A stretch of 63,877 nt of DNA, the filler included, from Welwitschia mirabilis (Eukaryota): NCBI GenBank assembly GCA_051453625.1. It is 6 parts of one record of this genome, joined end to end, with 100 filler letters (N's around TTAATTAATTAA, not from the genome) between each part and the next. Parts side by side here need not be neighbours in the genome. Positions count along the whole stretch, not along the records: positions 1 to 25,982 come from JBOZIK010000001.1; 5 more parts are not named here. The stretch is one strand, 5' to 3'. The stretch's first letter is position 1. Each line of letters begins with the position of its first letter. Below the pieces are notes generated by a model. The model searched no databases. It saw nothing but the letters and a program-made list of their open reading frames with translations, and had not been told where the DNA came from. Positions 14,001 through 23,800 of the stretch are shown here, piece after piece. Made by a program: the position numbers and the translations under genes.

Positions 14001-14860
14001 GGTCTTCTTCCTCTTCTTGCTTAGTTTGGATGCTCTAAATACCTTCCTCTAATTCCTTTTTGGATTTAAATCTTTCTTTGTTTTTCCTCCTCCAGTCCTT
14101 TATAAGAGCTTTTAAGGTGTTTAGGCCTCTATAGAAAAATGTTAATGGATGAGTACTGTCATACTGGCTTTGAATTTTTTCTATTAGAGTTCTAGTTTCT
14201 GTCATTATAATCTAGTAACGTTCCATTCGAAATGAAGTCCTCTAGGATGTTATTGCCTTGATTTTGTATTTGATTGGATGGTGTTCTAAAGTTATTTTAT
14301 TCAGCCCACAAGCTTTGATTAGGATCTTTGCTATGTCCTTTCCAGAAAAAATTTTGTTAATTCCGACATTATCAGATTGTTTTCTATCCTTCTATTGGAC
14401 TAGGTGTATTTACACCTAGCAAGTGGAATATCTAAAAGGGCATTTTCCCTCAACAGTGTAGGAATTAATTAAAACCCCTTACTATAAGCTACTTGGATTT
14501 GTCTATCATAATCCACTACAATTCCCCTAATGTGGAAGCTTTATTTTAATTATTTTGAGAGCTATAGATGTTTAGTTATAGTCCAATCTTCTTCCTTAAG
14601 AAAAATAGTTAAGTGGTTCTTACTACTGTTAACTAATTCTACCTCCTTATTTTTGAGAATCATGAGGCCTCTTGAATTTCCTTAAGCTGTAGAGGTAAAA
14701 ATGTTCCACTACTGCTCTAGATTCTCTAGTTCCATACCATTTCGCCTTTTTGTTTCTTGTAAACAAACTAATTTAATATTAAATTAACTGATAAGATTTT
14801 TTTGGGTCTTTTTCTTGTAGGAGGACCCTAATCCCCTATAATTCTAAGAGAGACAATCTA
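11040..14860 (-). pseudogene. L1 ORF2 core: APE endonuclease, reverse transcriptase, C-terminal CCHC (zf-RVT)
   Basis: Endonuclease: IVS*NYRGLG...LVCLQETK, GNSRGLMI. RT: NKAPGPD-like NIALGPDRW, MNRTKITLIPKKQDANKLKDFRPLGI, AKLEIAKAYDSI, GFK*ENPLFPYLF. C-terminal: STCPIC*SYLEDAKHLF (about 11210-11260) and IWCIRNDLIFNN (about 11065-11100). Confidence 0.87.
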
Positions 14861-15691
14861 TTAGGTTTGTTTTTGCCCCTTTCTAGGAGCTTGACCTTTT
14901 TTAAGAGTATCTTGGATNNNNNNNNNNNNNNNNNNNNNNNNNNNNNNNNNNNNNNNNNNNNNNNNNNNNNNNNNNNNNNNNNNNNNNNNNNNNNNNNNNN
15001 NNNNNNNNNNNNNNNNNNNNNNNNNNNNNNNNNNNNNNNNNNNNNNNNNNNNNNNNNNNNNNNNNNNNNNNNNNNNNNNNNNNNNNNNNNNNNNNNNNNN
15101 NNNNNNNNNNNNNNNNNNNNNNNNNNNNNNNNNNNNNNNNNNNNNNNNNNNNNNNNNNNNNNNNNNNNNNNNNNNNNNNNNNNNNNNNNNNNNNNNNNNN
15201 NNNNNNNNNNNNNNNNNNNNNNNNNNNNNNNNNNNNNNNNNNNNNNNNNNNNNNNNNNNNNNNNNNNNNNNNNNNNNNNNNNNNNNNNNNNNNNNNNNNN
15301 NNNNNNNNNNAGAGAGACAATCTATTAGGTTTGTTTTTGCCCCTTTCTGGGAGCTTGACCTTTTTTCAGAGTATCTTCGATGGTCGCTTGAAAACTATTA
15401 GCCACATTCTTTGTAGTTTTCCTTTCTTGGAGGGTTTTGTTGCTAGGCCTTCCTCTCATTTAAAGTTCCACGTCATTCAACTCTTCTGCGTTTAATGGAT
15501 TTTGGGGTTGTTGAGTATTCTCTTCCTCCATAGGTGATTGGAAGGAGNNNNNNNNNNNNNNNNNNNNNNNNNNNNNNNNNNNNNNNNNNNNNNNNNNNNN
15601 NNNNNNNNNNNNNNNNNNNNNNNNNNNNNNNNNNNNNNNNNNNNNNNCCTTCCTCTCATTTAAAGTTCCACGTCAGTCAACTCTTCTGCGT

Positions 15692-17237
15692 TTAATGGAT
15701 TTTGGGGTTGTTGAGTATTCTCTTCTTCCATAGGTGATTGGAAGGAGCTGTACTCTCTCTCCTTTTCTTCTTTTCCTTGTTTTCCTTGGTTTTCTTAGGA
15801 AAGACCATAGTGCTCTTCACCATTTTTTTCTTCTTCTGTTTATGCCGACAATTGCTCTGATTGTGCTCAATTTTTCTATAGAAAGAGCAAGTTTCTTTTT
15901 GTTTTCCTTCAATGTCAATAAGCCTTTTTCTNNNNNNNNNNNNNNNNNNNNNNNNNNNNNNNNNNNNNNNNNNNNNNNNNNNNNNNNNNNNNNNNNNNNN
16001 NNNNNNNNNNNNNNNNNNNNNNNNNNNNNNNCTTTTTCTATATTTTTCCATCACATGACCCATTCTCCCATAATGGAAACATCTTTTTTTCTGTAGAAAT
16101 GCATCTCTTTGAGATGTTTCTTGATTTCCCACAAATTTTACATAGAACCAGGAGGTTCTCATAGGTAACTTCAAGGTCACATATGCCCCATTTGGATATG
16201 GACTTTACTGATTGTATCTCATTTGTATCTTCTAAGCTCATCCAAATGCAAAATCTAGTGAGGACTAGCTTTGTCTACTTAATGGTTATTTTATCAAGTT
16301 TTATTAGTTCACCAAATTGAGATGCGATTTTCCTCAGAAGATCTTCGTCATAAAACTCTAGAGGAAACTTGTGAATCCGGATTCATATTGGTAGTTTCCT
16401 AAATAAGTTTGGGTCTGATTGCGTCCTCGACATTCNNNNNNNNNNNNNNNNNNNNNNNNNNNNNNNNNNNNNNNNNNNNNNNNNNNNNNNNNNNNNNNNN
16501 NNNNNNNNNNNNNNNNNNNNNNNNNNNNNNNNNNNNNNNNNNNNNNNNNNNNNNNNNNNNNNNNNNNNNNNNNNNNNNNNNNNNNNNNNNNNNNNNNNNN
16601 NNNNNNNNNNNNNNNNNNNNNNNNNNNNNNNNNNNNNNNNNNNNNNNNNNNNNNNNNNNNNNNNNNNNNNNNNNNNNNNNNNNNNNNNNNNNNNNNNNNN
16701 NNNNNNNNNNNNNNNNNNNNNNNNNNNNNNNNNNNNNNNNNNNNNNNNNNNNNNNNNNNNNNNNNNNNNNNNNNNNNNNNNNNNNNNNNNNNNNNNNNNN
16801 NNNNNNNNNNNNNNNNNNNNNNNNNNNNNNNNNNNNNNNNNNNNNNNNNNNNNNNNNNNNNNNNNNNNNNNNNNNNNNNNNNNNNNNNNNNNNNNNNNNN
16901 NNNNNNNNNNNNNNNNNNNNNNNNNNNNNNNNNNNNNNNNNNNNNNNNNNNNNNNNNNNNNNNNNNNNNNNNNNNNNNNNNNNNNNNNNNNNNNNNNNNN
17001 NNNNNNNNNNNNNNNNNNNNNNNNNNNNNNNNNNNNNNNNNNNNNNNNNNNNNNNNNNNNNNNNNNCTCTATCTCCAAACATGCACCTTTGTCAATATCT
17101 AAGATTAGAGTTTTTTCTTCCTTGGAGAAATGGGTCTTCTCCATTTTGAGGAACAAGCCACTCTTTAAACCCTAAATCAAATCAATGTAGAAGTAACAGC
17201 GAAGTTCCGCAACTTACTTGAGGTGTGTTTTTCTCAT
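15692..17237 (-). pseudogene. L1 ORF1 (DUF4283-like region + several CCHC zinc knuckles), disrupted
   Basis: RIHKFPLEFYDEDLLRKIASQFGELIKLD (plant L1 ORF1 WxR.xxLP.E...IG...G motif), LEVTYENLLVLCKICGKSRNISKRC (zf-CCHC_4-like), further knuckles CFHYGRMGHVMEKY and CSFYRKIEHNQSNC; stops, frameshifts and gaps. Confidence 0.8.
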
Positions 17238-17415
17238 GGCCGATACCGCCTATGCACGTTGTAGCTTTTTGAAACCGAAACCGCCCTCACTAATCCAAAG
17301 TCTTCCGAACCCTAACTCCCTTCTGTGCTCCAACCCTTCCAAAATCCTCAAATTCAATTTGCCACTGTGCATTGCTTTTAATAAAAGCAGTTGTTGAAGG
17401 TAGCTAGTCTACCTT

Positions 17416-17759
17416 GAATACTAATATCCTAAATTTTTTTCTTTTACTGAAGTTTAAAGATCCGACACTCTCATCATTTAAATATAAGTAATACGTAAAA
17501 ACTTAATACGTAAAAACTATGTCCAGTATAGTAAAGCCTTTGCGTATTTGTTTCACATACTTTTCGATAGACCGTTGCTGTGTATGAATATTTATCGATG
17601 ATTTCTTTTATCATGTGCTATCCCGTTACACCATCTATCGTAGAATTCGGACAAGGATAGCGCTTCGGAGAAGCTTTTTAAAGAGCAGACAATAATTACA
17701 GACCGGAATGAGACCGGAATGAGATAAGGATAGTGGAGCACAATAAACTGGGCAAGTCT
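17416..17759 (+). promoter_or_regulatory. Short pTAC3 proximal promoter/5'UTR between the LINE 5' end and the ATG
   Basis: CpG-retaining stretch; perfect tandem TAATACGTAAAAACT x2 (17489-17518, ACGT A-box core), AGACCGGAATG x2 (17700-17721), GATAAG I-box-like motif (17723-17728). Motif function is inference. Confidence 0.45.
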
Positions 17760-18206
17760 ATGGCGAATTCCTTCTGCTGCTGCCATGATGGCATTGGGAA
17801 TTCCGTTTCGCTATTGCTGCCCAACACCAGAAGCAGCAGAAGTAGGAATTTCGTCTTCAAAGTAAAATCCAATTTAGAAAACGGGCAAGCCTCAACTGCA
17901 AATGGCACTACAACGACAGTGAGAAGAAGCAGCACAAAAAGAAACGGACAAGTATTGTCTAAGTTTGTTCCTTCTCCTTATGAAGATGAGCCAGAGACGG
18001 TGAAGCCCCTGCCGAAACTTAAAGGCATCGAAGGAAACCTCAGAAGCAAAATCATGGAGGACCTTATGAAGTGTGCCGTTGAGGGTGATTACAGGGGTGC
18101 CATCGACTGTTTCCATGATTTGACTGCTGCAGGCCTCATGCCCGGCCCTCGTTCGTTCCATGGCCTCGTTGTTGCTCACACACTCGCTTTCGACGTTCAA
18201 GGCGCG
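17760..18206 (+). CDS. PTAC3: pTAC3/PAP1-like plastid RNA polymerase-associated protein, exon 1 (transit peptide + first PPR-like helices)
   Basis: ATG at 17760 gives a Ser/Arg/Thr-rich transit-peptide-like N-terminus (MANSF...), then LRSKIMEDLMKCAVEGDYRGAIDCFHDLTAAGLMPGPRSFHGLVVAHTLAFDVQGA. This matches the pTAC3 block as I recall it (LRLTFMDELM...DMIAAGLSPGPRSFHGLVVAHALNGDEQGA). GT donor at 18207 (GGCGCG|gtacat), phase 0; 447 nt. Confidence 0.9.
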
Positions 18207-18581
18207 GTACATTATCCTCCTCTTCCTCCTCTTCCTTCTTCTTCTTTATCATCAGAGTCACTTCTATTCTTAAATTCGTAACCAACTTTGATAGCAGTGA
18301 AGTCTTACAACTATGTTTCAAAGGGACATGTAACTTGAAATCATTGATAGCCTATAACGAGGCTTGTGGGAGAGTGCTACATTGTAAGAAATTTTCAGTT
18401 GCACGAAATAAAAACGCCTTGTTCAGCGAATTCAGCGAATGGCTGTACCTTCCACAATAAAACCTGAAGGACCTTCAGGTAGTTTTCTTATATTGTTCCA
18501 CAACATCCGTTCAAATTGACTTTGATGAATGCCATTGTCTTTGGATTGCAGCTTCTATTTGACGCCAATTTAAGGTGTCGC

Positions 18582-20755
18582 TGACACATGAGCATCTTTA
18601 GAATAGTCTAGAAGTTCCAAAAAATTCCAAGAAGATGTTATAAAGAATGCAAGCCCCTTTTTATTGTAACTCCTCCTTATTGTCATTATCATCTAGAAGA
18701 AGGTAAAGGAAAGTCTAAGGGGTTCTCTATAAAATATAGAGAGATGTCTAGATTCATTGAATTTAGGGTTTGATTACTTGTTTGTGAAGAAAGATCATGT
18801 ATAAATCAAAATGAAAGGTTAATAGAAAGGCATTGCCTACTCGTTTGCCTTAGTTTGGCAAAGGATTGGGAATCATTTTGCATTTCACACCTTTTATTCT
18901 AATGGCTTTTGATCTTTGAAATTAATAAACCCTCTTTATATCTCTCTGTTATGCTTGCTTTGTTACGTGACTCTGTAGCAGCTTTCTTTTGGCTGCGTCA
19001 NNNNNNNNNNNNNNNNNNNNNNNNNNNNNNNNNNNNNNNNNNNNNNNNNNNNNNNNNNNNNNNNNNNNNNNNNNNNNNNNNNNNNNNNNNNNNNNNNNNN
19101 NNNNNNNNNNNNNNNNNNNNNNNNNNNNNNNNNNNNNNNNNNNNNNNNNNNNNNNNNNNNNNNNNNNNNNNNNNNNNNNNNNNNNNNNNNNNNNNNNNNN
19201 NNNNNNNNNNNNNNNNNNNNNNNNNNNNNNNNNNNNNNNNNNNNNNNNNNNNNNNNNNNNNNNNNNNNNNNNNNNNNNNNNNNNNNNNNNNNNNNNNNNN
19301 NNNNNNNNNNNNNNNNNNNNNNNNNNNNNNNNNNNNNNNNNNNNNNNNNNNNNNNNNNNNNNNNNNNNNNNNNNNNNNNNNNNNNNNNNNNNNNNNNNNN
19401 NNNNNNNNNNNNNNNNNNNNNNNNNNNNNNNNNNNNNNNNNNNNNNNNNNNNNNNNNNNNNNNNNNNNNNNNNNNNNNNNNNNNNNNNNNNNNNNNNNNN
19501 NNNNNNNNNNNNNNNNNNNNNNNNNNNNNNNNNNNNNNNNNNNNNNNNNNNNNNNNNNNNNNNNNNNNNNNNNNNNNNNNNNNNNNNNNNNNNNNNNNNN
19601 NNNNNNNNNNNNNNNNNNNNNNNNNNNNNNNNNNNNNNNNNNNNNNNNNNNNNNNNNAAAGAAAAGGAAGATTGCGTGCAAGATTAGTAGAAGAAAAGAC
19701 ATGAAGGAGAAAAGCATGTTTCCAAGGAAGGAGACTTCGGCGGCTTGGAGAGGTAGCAGAGAAAAAGGCCATGAAAGTGAGGAGTTTGCCTTGTGTCGAT
19801 GACATGGTGTTGCAGCATTTTTCTTTTCGCTTGAGGACAAGCTCATTTTCAAGAGAGAGCATTTCAGGCAGGAGTGTCTTTGAAATAGGCTAGAAGTCCC
19901 CAAAAAAATTCTAAGAAGATGTTATAAAGAATGTGAGTCCTTTTTTATCGTAACTGCTTCTTAGTATAATGATTATCTAGAAAGGAGCTAAAGGGAAATC
20001 TAAGGGGTTCTCTACAAAATATAGAGAGATGTCTATATTCATTGTATTTAGTGTTTGATTACTTGTTTGTGAAGAAAGGTCATGTATAAATTGAAACAAA
20101 ATGTTAATGGAAGGGCATTGTTTGCTCATTTGCCTTTGTTTGGTAAGAGACTGAGAATTACTTTGCATTTCTAATTTTTTATTTTAATGACTTTTGATAT
20201 TTGGATTTAATAACCCCTTCTTTATATCTTTCTATTATGTTGCTTTATTGTGTAACTCTATAACAACTTTTCTTTTAGGCTGCATCAAATGGTATCAGAG
20301 CCAGAAAAGTTTCTGTGGAAGAAGCCATGTGGGGAATTTCTACTTGTTAAAGGATATAAGCTTGCTTTGAGGAAAAGGGACTTTTCTGGCTTAGAAAGAT
20401 GGTAAAGGAGACTATGAAAGCACAAAGTTTGCCTTATATTTGTTGGCATGGAAATCATGGGAGATACGCCAGCGAAGAGAGGTCCAATGGTGAAGTATCC
20501 AATGGTCTGCAGGAAGAGCTTGCCTACATGTGTATGATTGTGTTATCAGTGCAAGTGAAGCTCATTTTCAAGAAAGGGCATTTGATGCAAGAGCATCCTT
20601 TCATATGTTTCTCGAAATTGGTAGATGATATAGAAGTTGTAGGGTCTCAAAGAAAATGTTATAAAGGATGTGGGCCCTTTTGTTGTAACTCTTCCTTATT
20701 GTAATTATTATTTAGAAAGGAGGTGAAGGAAAGTTTAAGAGATTTTCTACAAAAT
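18582..20755 (+). mobile_element. Tandem array of a small non-autonomous LTR element (TRIM-like): LTR-internal-LTR-internal-LTR
   Basis: Three related ~420-bp repeats at 18582-19000, about 19864-20287 and 20583-about 20755 (truncated); ends TGAYGCA(G)...CTGCRTCA; PBS TGGTATCAGAGCC (tRNA-iMet) at 20290; internal region only ~295 bp and non-coding, with the same aagctcattttcaaga-purine tract before LTR2 and LTR3. Confidence 0.75.
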
Positions 20756-20894
20756 TGACGTGGAACAAATCTGACGCGGAATGATGTTACCCCCATAGTT
20801 TTATTTTTTTGCTATTCGGCATATATTGTTATTTTCATTTTTTTTCCTCCTTTAGTCCCACATTGTTTAGGGATTTCTATTGAAAGGACTTATG

Positions 20895-23800
20895 TGTTAG
20901 GATCTTAAAGACACCCTAGAGGGGGGTGAATAGGGTAATAAAAATTATTTTGCAATAACAAAGATTTTAGATTTGAAAATACATAAACAACAATAATAGT
21001 AATGATACAGAAAAAATAACTGAAAACATAAAACAAGTGCACCAGATTTTTATAGTGGTTCGGCCAAGCATACTCCACTTTCAGGGGGCAGCAAACAGCT
21101 ATCAGCTTCCTGGTTCCTTTAACCAGAGATCTTTTATAACAACTTCTTCACACAGAGTTCTTACGACTTACAGGGCACTACTCAAATCCTTGAGCCACTT
21201 ACAATAGGGAAATAAGAGAGAGGGGGAGAGATTTCTGATATAAGAGTGCCTATTTGAAGCTTAGATAATCCTTTATTGAAGATAGATAACTCAGATTAGT
21301 ACAGACAGCTTTCAGATTGTAAACAGCCTTTTCCAGAGCACTAAAAAATCTTTTTCAAATGTAAGCTTCTTTTTTGTACCACAATAGAGAAGAATATATA
21401 AGCACAAGAAGAATGGCTAGGTATTTGACCTTTGAATCATTAGCCCAACGCCCAATAAGAAGCCGTTGAAATATTAAAACCCGTGGGTAATGTCTATAAA
21501 CGACTATATTTCCGCGTCAACGAATATAAGCCTAGACGTCCCATCAAGGGGACTTGGATGTCCCGGTTTTTAATTTGCTTTCTAAGGAAACCGAATACAG
21601 GGTTGCACGTCCAGATTTCATAAGTCGGACGTCCCAATACAAAAATACTATGTACAAGGTCGGACGTCTCGATTTCACAGGGCGGACATCTCGGTATAAC
21701 AAAATCGAATACAAGTCCAGATTTCCCAGATCCACAGGTTGGATGTCCCAATATAATCAAACCAAAGATAATGCCAGACATCCCAGTTTCTTAGAGCGGA
21801 CGTCCCAGTATAGAAAACCGCATAGATAGTCGGACGTCCCGGTTCATAGGGTAGACNNNNNNNNNNNNNNNNNNNNNNNNNNNNNNNNNNNNNNNNNNNN
21901 NNNNNNNNNTCTCCCTTTTCAATGATGACAAACTTGAATGCGCTATTGAATTCAGAAGGCAAGATTACATTGTCATGTTTGGGAAGAAAAGAAATTGCTC
22001 CTCCATACTTTAAATAAATCTAGGAATGCATTGAAAACAACAAATTAATGGAGCTCTCCCCCATAATTCATTAGATTGGTACATGTTCTGTACAGAAAAT
22101 CTCAAGGTTCAATTGTTAGTAAAGACAAAAATTGTAAATTAATCGCATATTTTTCTCCCNNNNNNNNNNNNNNNNNNNNNNNNNNNNNNNNNNNNNNNNN
22201 NNNNNNNNNNNNNNNNNNNNNNNNNNNNNNNNNNNNNNNNNNNNNNNNNNNNNNNNNNNNNNNNNNNNNNNNNNNNNNNNNNNNNNNNNNNNNNNNNNNN
22301 NNNNNNNNNNNNNNNNNNNNNNNNNNNNNNNNNNNNNNNNNNNNNNNNNNNNNNNNNNNNNNNNNNNNNNNNNNNNNNNNNNNNNNNNNNNNNNNNNNNN
22401 NNNNNNNNNNNNNNNNNNNNNNNNNNNNNNNNNNNNNNNNNNNNNNNNNNNNNNNNNNNNNNNNNNNNNNNNNNNNNNNNNNNNNNNNNNNNNNNNNNNN
22501 NNNNNNNNNNNNNNNNNNNNNNNNNNNNNNNNNNNNNNNNNNNNNNNNNNNNNNNNNNNNNNNNNNNNNNNNNNNNNNNNNNNNNNNNNNNNNNNNNNNN
22601 NNNNNNNNNNNNNNNNNNNNNNNNNNNNGTGGTTTGGAAACCTTAACAAGTTCTTCATCCTTTTGAATGGCAAACTGATAATTTTCCAAAATTGCTGTAA
22701 TGAGGCCACTAAATGGAAGACTGAGATAACTGGCAACGAAAAACTGGCTGATGTAGAACATAATAAATTTGCCAAGGTTGATTCTGACACCTGTGCCTAA
22801 ACAAAATAAACTGTATGCATAAAGAGGAGAGACTTCATCTTTTTGCCGAGCTTGGGAACCAAATTGTGTGTAGAAATTTGAAACAAAACTCTGTAGAAAG
22901 GTTTGAGCTTGTTGGTAGGAATGTTGGCTCTCCAATGAAAATTTTTTCCAACATAATTCCGTGGTTAAGACATCCTTAGAAATGGCTTCTTGTAAAGCAT
23001 TGACAGATGTAATTTCACGGAAAAACCCTTCATTGAGGTAACTGGTGACGAGAGAGATGACTTCTAAATCTACTGCCACTTCTCTCTCATAAACTCTAGT
23101 GAAAATGACCCAAGAACAAGAATCAAAACAAGCATGACAATAAAATAGTCATTCCATTTTGGCAAAGGCCCATGTATCTGGGTCCAAAGCATTCATCCAC
23201 CCTTGCTCTTTAAATTTGTGGGCTATCTTCATCTCTCTCCTAACGGATTCGTAATCAATTCGGTATTTAGGAGCTATTAGCCTCTTATCTAGGCCTTCAA
23301 ACTAAGCTTTTTGGGCTGTTGGAGTAACGAACCATTCTTCTTCAGAAGCTTTGACCATGACTGAGACAAAGTAGATTCCAGAGAGTATAGGTGGCAAGAG
23401 GAAGGAGAGAAAGAGAAGAAAATGAAAAGAGCCAGAAGAAAAATGAAGGAGAGAATAATGTGAATAAAAAGACCCTGGCAGGAGTGCGAGCGTCTGCACC
23501 GCCTTACGCTTGGACGCCGGGAAAAAATGGAAGGACGTCTGGGTTTTTAAAAAAAAATGGATTCCCTTGTTTAAAAAGACGGATGTCCAGGAAAAAATTG
23601 AGATGTCCTGAAGACGAACGTCCGGGAAAAATACGGGACATTCGAACAAGAATAAACAAGGAAGATGAAGAATTTTGAAGAGATACAATTTCAGAAAAAT
23701 GTAATGGAGGACCTTCTTCCCAGATAATATGAAATTTAAGAATGGAGAATATTACCAAGAAACTCATACCTGAGAGGTATATGAGCCTATCCCTCAGTTT

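Larger units (their letters stand above)
8961..17399 (-). mobile_element. Full-length, decayed L1-clade LINE with ORF1, ORF2 and a C-terminal J-domain
   Basis: 16-bp TSD gtagctaatttacctt (8945-8960) / gtagctagtctacctt (17400-17415), 2 transition mismatches; short poly(A) remnant (T run 8959-8964). ORF1 and ORF2 motifs lie in the correct order on the minus strand. Confidence 0.88.

Noticed and set aside
17592-18321. Minus-strand ORFs overlapping pTAC3 exon 1
   Set aside because: Antisense shadows of a GC-richer exon with no recognisable motifs.
21530-21840. CRISPR-like regularly spaced repeats
   Set aside because: Eukaryotic LTR motif array; only an 8-bp core recurs, and there are no cas genes.
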